Shown: positions 56,396 to 60,001 of the stretch, in pieces
Layout of the letters: each line of letters begins with the position of its first letter
Numbering within the stretch: the first letter of the stretch is position 1
Origin: a virus
Taxonomy: Duplodnaviria > Caudoviricetes
DNA length: 60,001 nt
Strand: one strand, 5' to 3'
IMG/VR virus record: IMGVR_UViG_3300028610_001416
Span: 1 to 60,001 of that record
Notes under the pieces: generated by a model
Database searches by the model: none
What the model saw: the letters and a program-made list of their open reading frames with translations, nothing else
What the model was told of the DNA's origin: nothing
Position numbers and translations under genes: made by a program

Positions 56396-57661
56396 ATGAA
56401 ATCAAATAAAACTTTGCTTACAAAAAGTGAGCAGATTGCGAGGCTCACAAAAATGGTAAGTCTTCCGGCTATCGTGCTTGAGGCTGAGGAGGCTGACCGG
56501 TTCATTGACTATATTGTCGATGAATCTGTTCTCAAGAATAATGCTCGAGTTATAAAGATGAAAAAGCAGACAAAGAATGCTCGGGCGTTAGGTTTGGGAG
56601 ATGCACGATTCCTTAAACCAGCGGGAACCTTTAGCTCCTCAGATTATGTCAAGCAGCTGACAACCCAGAAGGTTCCATTAGTTACCAAGAAGATGCGTGG
56701 TTGTGTTGCTATTTTTGATGATGACCTGGAAGACAACATTGAAGGTGATGCCTTTGCAGACCATGTCCAACGAATGGTCACAGGTAAGATTGGCAACGAA
56801 CTGGAGGAAATATTCTGGATTGGTGACACAGGAAGCCTGTCAGGTTTTGGTGCTGATGACTCCCGCAGCTTGTTTGACGGCTGGCGGTACAGGATTCGAC
56901 AGAGTCAAGCAGCGTCAGGATACCTAAGTGGGTATTACAATAATGTCACTGGTAGAGCTACAATGATGACAGCGATTGCTGAGACTACTTATGTAGTTGG
57001 TGCCACTGCAAGAACACAGGGTGATATTCGAGAGCCAACGACTCCCAATGGTTTTGTTTACATTTGTGTTGTCGCTGGTACTCAAGCTGCTGCTGAGCCG
57101 ACGGCTTGGCCCACTGTTCTTGGCGGTACTGTTGTAGATGGTGGAGTTACTTGGAGATGTCATGCCCACGACTGTGCATTGCCTGGTAAAATCGCTGAGC
57201 AGAATACTGCCACACCATATAACTGGGAATTCAAATACGGCAACATGCTGAAAAGACTTCCTTCGAAATACAAAAAAGTTGGTATGGCTAATTTGAGATT
57301 TTTCCAGTCTGACCAATTAGCTCAAGACTATACCAACGCTTTGTCAGCACGAGCAACTATTCTTGGTGACAAAGCAATTCTTGGTCAAGGTCCTTTAGTG
57401 TTCGGTCAGGTGCCAATTACTCCTTGTCCTTTGATGCCAGTTACTATGTCGTCAGCGGGTGTTCTGGGAGGCGGAGCTTATGGTGACACACTGCTTACTC
57501 CTAAGGGTAACCTGGTTGTTGGTATTCAGCGGAATATCAAAATTGAATCACAAAGGTCGGCAGCTGATGAAGCCACTTATTGGTTCTACAGCTTGAGAGC
57601 AGACTGTGCCATTGAGAATGTCAATGCTTGTGTCTTGCTGGAGAAACTTATTACATCATAA
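56396..57661 (+). CDS. Major capsid protein (HK97 fold) with an inserted domain
   Basis: 'EEADRFID', 'LEDNIEG', 'GNELEE..WIGD', 'FDGW', 'LTPKGNLVVG.QRNI.IE'; strong SD. Confidence 0.9.
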   Translation: MKSNKTLLTKSEQIARLTKMVSLPAIVLEAEEADRFIDYIVDESVLKNNARVIKMKKQTKNARALGLGDARFLKPAGTFSSSDYVKQLTTQKVPLVTKKMRGCVAIFDDDLEDNIEGDAFADHVQRMVTGKIGNELEEIFWIGDTGSLSGFGADDSRSLFDGWRYRIRQSQAASGYLSGYYNNVTGRATMMTAIAETTYVVGATARTQGDIREPTTPNGFVYICVVAGTQAAAEPTAWPTVLGGTVVDGGVTWRCHAHDCALPGKIAEQNTATPYNWEFKYGNMLKRLPSKYKKVGMANLRFFQSDQLAQDYTNALSARATILGDKAILGQGPLVFGQVPITPCPLMPVTMSSAGVLGGGAYGDTLLTPKGNLVVGIQRNIKIESQRSAADEATYWFYSLRADCAIENVNACVLLEKLITS

Positions 57662-57718
57662 TCACAACTCAGTGTTGTGTTTTATATAAATTAAAAAGGT
57701 TCAAGATAGAAGAAAGGA

Positions 57719-58285
57719 TTGATAATGAAAAGGTATGTAGTTCGCAATTACGGTGCTTCAAGGCAACTGTCGGTTGGTGGTCAGCAGGTTTGCGTAGTCA
57801 ATGATGGAATTGTTGAAACTGATGATGTAATGGAAGCTCAGGCATTGGCAGGGTTTGAACACATGACTATGACTGACCGTGGTTCAGAGTTGGCATCACC
57901 TCCTTCTCCTGGTGTTCAGGAGAAGCAACCTGAGGGAAAGCAAAAGAATTCTGTCGATGAACCTGAAGACGAATCATATGAGGATATGAATTCGGATGAA
58001 CTTCAGGCAATTGCAAAAGACAGGGAAATAGAGACTTCTGGGTTAGATGATGCAGAAATAATTAAAGCATTGGTAGCTTATGATGATGAACCTGAGAAAT
58101 CTGAGAAGCCTGCTGAGAAAGAAACACCTTTGAAAATCGGTGATAAAGTCTCAGCGGTATTCGAGGATGACCCGTACGAAGGAATTATCAAGTCCATCAA
58201 CAAGAAGAAGAGAACAGCTAAGATTGACTTCGAGGATGATACTACAGAGATTGTTGGATTAGGTAAATTGACCCGAGTTGCCTGA
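57719..58285 (+). CDS. Rho-N/HeH-like plus Tudor-like protein
   Basis: 'YEDMNSDELQAIAKDREI...AEIIKAL'; C-terminus 'LKIGDKVSAVFEDDPYEGII...IDFEDD'. Confidence 0.6.
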   Translation: MIMKRYVVRNYGASRQLSVGGQQVCVVNDGIVETDDVMEAQALAGFEHMTMTDRGSELASPPSPGVQEKQPEGKQKNSVDEPEDESYEDMNSDELQAIAKDREIETSGLDDAEIIKALVAYDDEPEKSEKPAEKETPLKIGDKVSAVFEDDPYEGIIKSINKKKRTAKIDFEDDTTEIVGLGKLTRVA

Positions 58286-58329
58286 AGTCATCTCTCAAAG
58301 TATTAATTGAAAATTTAGGAGAAATTAAA

Positions 58330-59217
58330 ATGAGACGTAATTTAAATAATTTAGACCGTGATATTCTGCAAGCCCACGGTCGAATTTTTCAGGAGGCGTT
58401 TGCACACGGCATTGAAAACGACATGATTTACGGTGGACTGGTGTCAGGGCAGTCTGCGATGCAAGCACTTCATGCAAACCCTGTGGCAGTTCAGAATTGT
58501 ATAATTGGAACAAGACGTGTCACATGGGATGGTAAAGTCTTTCGTTACTCTTCTGCTATGGCAAACGTTGGTTCGGATTATCTTGCTTGGTCTGCCCATC
58601 GAAGACAAGCACTTAACTGGTCGGCTGTTGTGTCTGGTGCTTTAGGTGCCAATAGCTGTGTAGTTACCTTCGGTGGTTCCGATGGCGATGGTAGTGGAAA
58701 CGTGGCACTTGACTATTTGAAAGGTGGACAGATTGTATTTCTCAACACTTTGTTAGGTGCTCTTACCCTGGGTATTACAGGCAACACGGTTCTTACAGGC
58801 GGAGGAGGCGGTGCTTGTACAATAACTCTTGATGAAGCATTGCCGTTCTTGCTTACAAATACCATGAAGGTTGAAGCAATGGGAAATATGTATGCTGAAC
58901 TCACTGCTGCTGCCAACTGTCCAGGAGACGCCAGTATGGTTGGAGTTGCTTCACGTCAAGCGACAGCACTCTTGCCTTATCATTGGCAGCAAACTTGGGG
59001 ACCGGTCCATGTGAGTCCCAACAATGGCTTCCAAACTGAAAATGTTGGAAACAACGATTATAACAATCAAGTTGTTGTTTGGAATGGTACCATTGGTACT
59101 CATGAATACGATGATGCTCGAACTGAATATCAGCAGCACATCGGATTTGTAATATCTCGAGGACAAGCAGGAACGACACAAGGTGCTCCGTTCATTATGT
59201 TGCAGATTAACAAGTAA
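58330..59217 (+). CDS. Putative capsid decoration/cement protein
   Basis: After the MCP; Gly-rich beta content; 'GTR....DGKVFRY', 'WQQTWGP', terminal 'IMLQI'. Confidence 0.5.
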   Translation: MRRNLNNLDRDILQAHGRIFQEAFAHGIENDMIYGGLVSGQSAMQALHANPVAVQNCIIGTRRVTWDGKVFRYSSAMANVGSDYLAWSAHRRQALNWSAVVSGALGANSCVVTFGGSDGDGSGNVALDYLKGGQIVFLNTLLGALTLGITGNTVLTGGGGGACTITLDEALPFLLTNTMKVEAMGNMYAELTAAANCPGDASMVGVASRQATALLPYHWQQTWGPVHVSPNNGFQTENVGNNDYNNQVVVWNGTIGTHEYDDARTEYQQHIGFVISRGQAGTTQGAPFIMLQINK

Positions 59218-59398
59218 CAGCAACTAATAATAGAAGCCAAAACTTTTATAAGAAAGGTGAAATTTCTTATGTCAAAGGAAGTTAAAGACACAAGGGAGGC
59301 TTACATTGCTCGAAAGCTTGAAGCAGATGGCATGAAACCTCCGAAGAAAGAAAAAGTCAAAGATAAGTAACGGTCCAGGTAAAAGGCTTTAGGGAGTT

Positions 59399-59650
59399 GT
59401 GCCTAAAACAACTCCCAGAAATTATAAGATGAAACAAGACCCAAGAACAATGGACATAATTAATCCCGAGCTTCAAGGAATGCCTCAACAGGATTATTTA
59501 CAGGAGTTGAATATTCGTTCTTCGAAAGCAGGTTACACTACCAGAGAAGGTAGTCCAATACCTTCAAAAATACAGAGCAGAGGGAGTGGACAAAGTAAAG
59601 TTCATAAAGTCTGGCCAAGAGATGAAGCTGGAAACTTAATTGGAGATTAG
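59399..59650 (+). CDS. Hypothetical protein
   Basis: GTG start with GGAG SD. Confidence 0.5.
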   Translation: MPKTTPRNYKMKQDPRTMDIINPELQGMPQQDYLQELNIRSSKAGYTTREGSPIPSKIQSRGSGQSKVHKVWPRDEAGNLIGD

Positions 59651-59653
59651 AAA

Positions 59654-60001
59654 ATGGCGTTGACAACAAAATTAGATTTGACAGGACCTACTCATAAAGA
59701 GCCCGAACATGTTGTGAAGTCTATTACCGATGGAAATAATGCCGCTCTGATAAGTGGCGTTGTAGGCAAGCGAATAAAAATTTGGCGGATAAACTTTTTT
59801 GTCGGTACTACTAATAAGACTTGTGAAGTTCTCAGTGGTGAAAACTCTTTTACTTCAGTGTGTTCAGTTAAGACAATGCATCAAGTACTTAGGAGTTCTG
59901 ATGGAATCCCTGTGTTCACTTGTAATGCTGGTGAAGATTTCAAAGCAACTCCGAGTGATTCTACTAACTGGTATTTTTATATTGTTTATACCATAGATTA
60001 G
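59654..60001 (+). CDS. Hypothetical virion protein
   Basis: Complete ORF ending TAG at 59999-60001; its 3' part is duplicated at 1-144. Confidence 0.6.
   Translation: MALTTKLDLTGPTHKEPEHVVKSITDGNNAALISGVVGKRIKIWRINFFVGTTNKTCEVLSGENSFTSVCSVKTMHQVLRSSDGIPVFTCNAGEDFKATPSDSTNWYFYIVYTID
59858..60001. repeat. Terminal direct repeat, copy 2
   Basis: Identical to 1-144. Confidence 0.95.

Noticed and set aside
400-59223. Many - strand ORFs in the track
   Set aside because: They are antisense shadows of well-supported + strand genes, with no SD or recognisable motifs

Overview
A complete, apparently circularly assembled dsDNA tailed-phage genome (siphovirus-like, about 59.86 kb). Bases 1-144 are repeated exactly at 59858-60001, and essentially every real gene lies on the + strand. 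Gene order: neck/tail module (1-13.7 kb, with a -1 frameshifted tail chaperone), holin-like genes, then a non-coding control region with a consensus sigma70 promoter and an early region punctuated by four tRNA-elbow-like RNA elements. Next come a sigma-like factor, SNF2 helicase, primase, NADAR and DnaB, followed by a 7-deazaguanine DNA-modification cluster (QueD, QueE, PRTase-FolE fusion, DpdL-like T-fold, radical SAM, glycosyltransferase, DpdA-like transglycosylase; no QueC). A full replication/recombination module follows (clamp, split UDG-exo/PolA, clamp loader, SSB, RecA, 5'-exonuclease, split SbcCD), then packaging and head genes (TerS, TerL, portal, MuF-GNAT, protease, scaffold, MCP). 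No integrase, endolysin, full tRNA or CRISPR array was recognised. The most novel-looking signals are non-coding: a tandem pair of covarying 130-141 nt structured RNAs (22953-23229), four D-loop/T-loop mimics in the early operon, a large structured leader RNA, and a dispersed phased DNA motif. All calls come from reading motifs by eye; no database searches were run.
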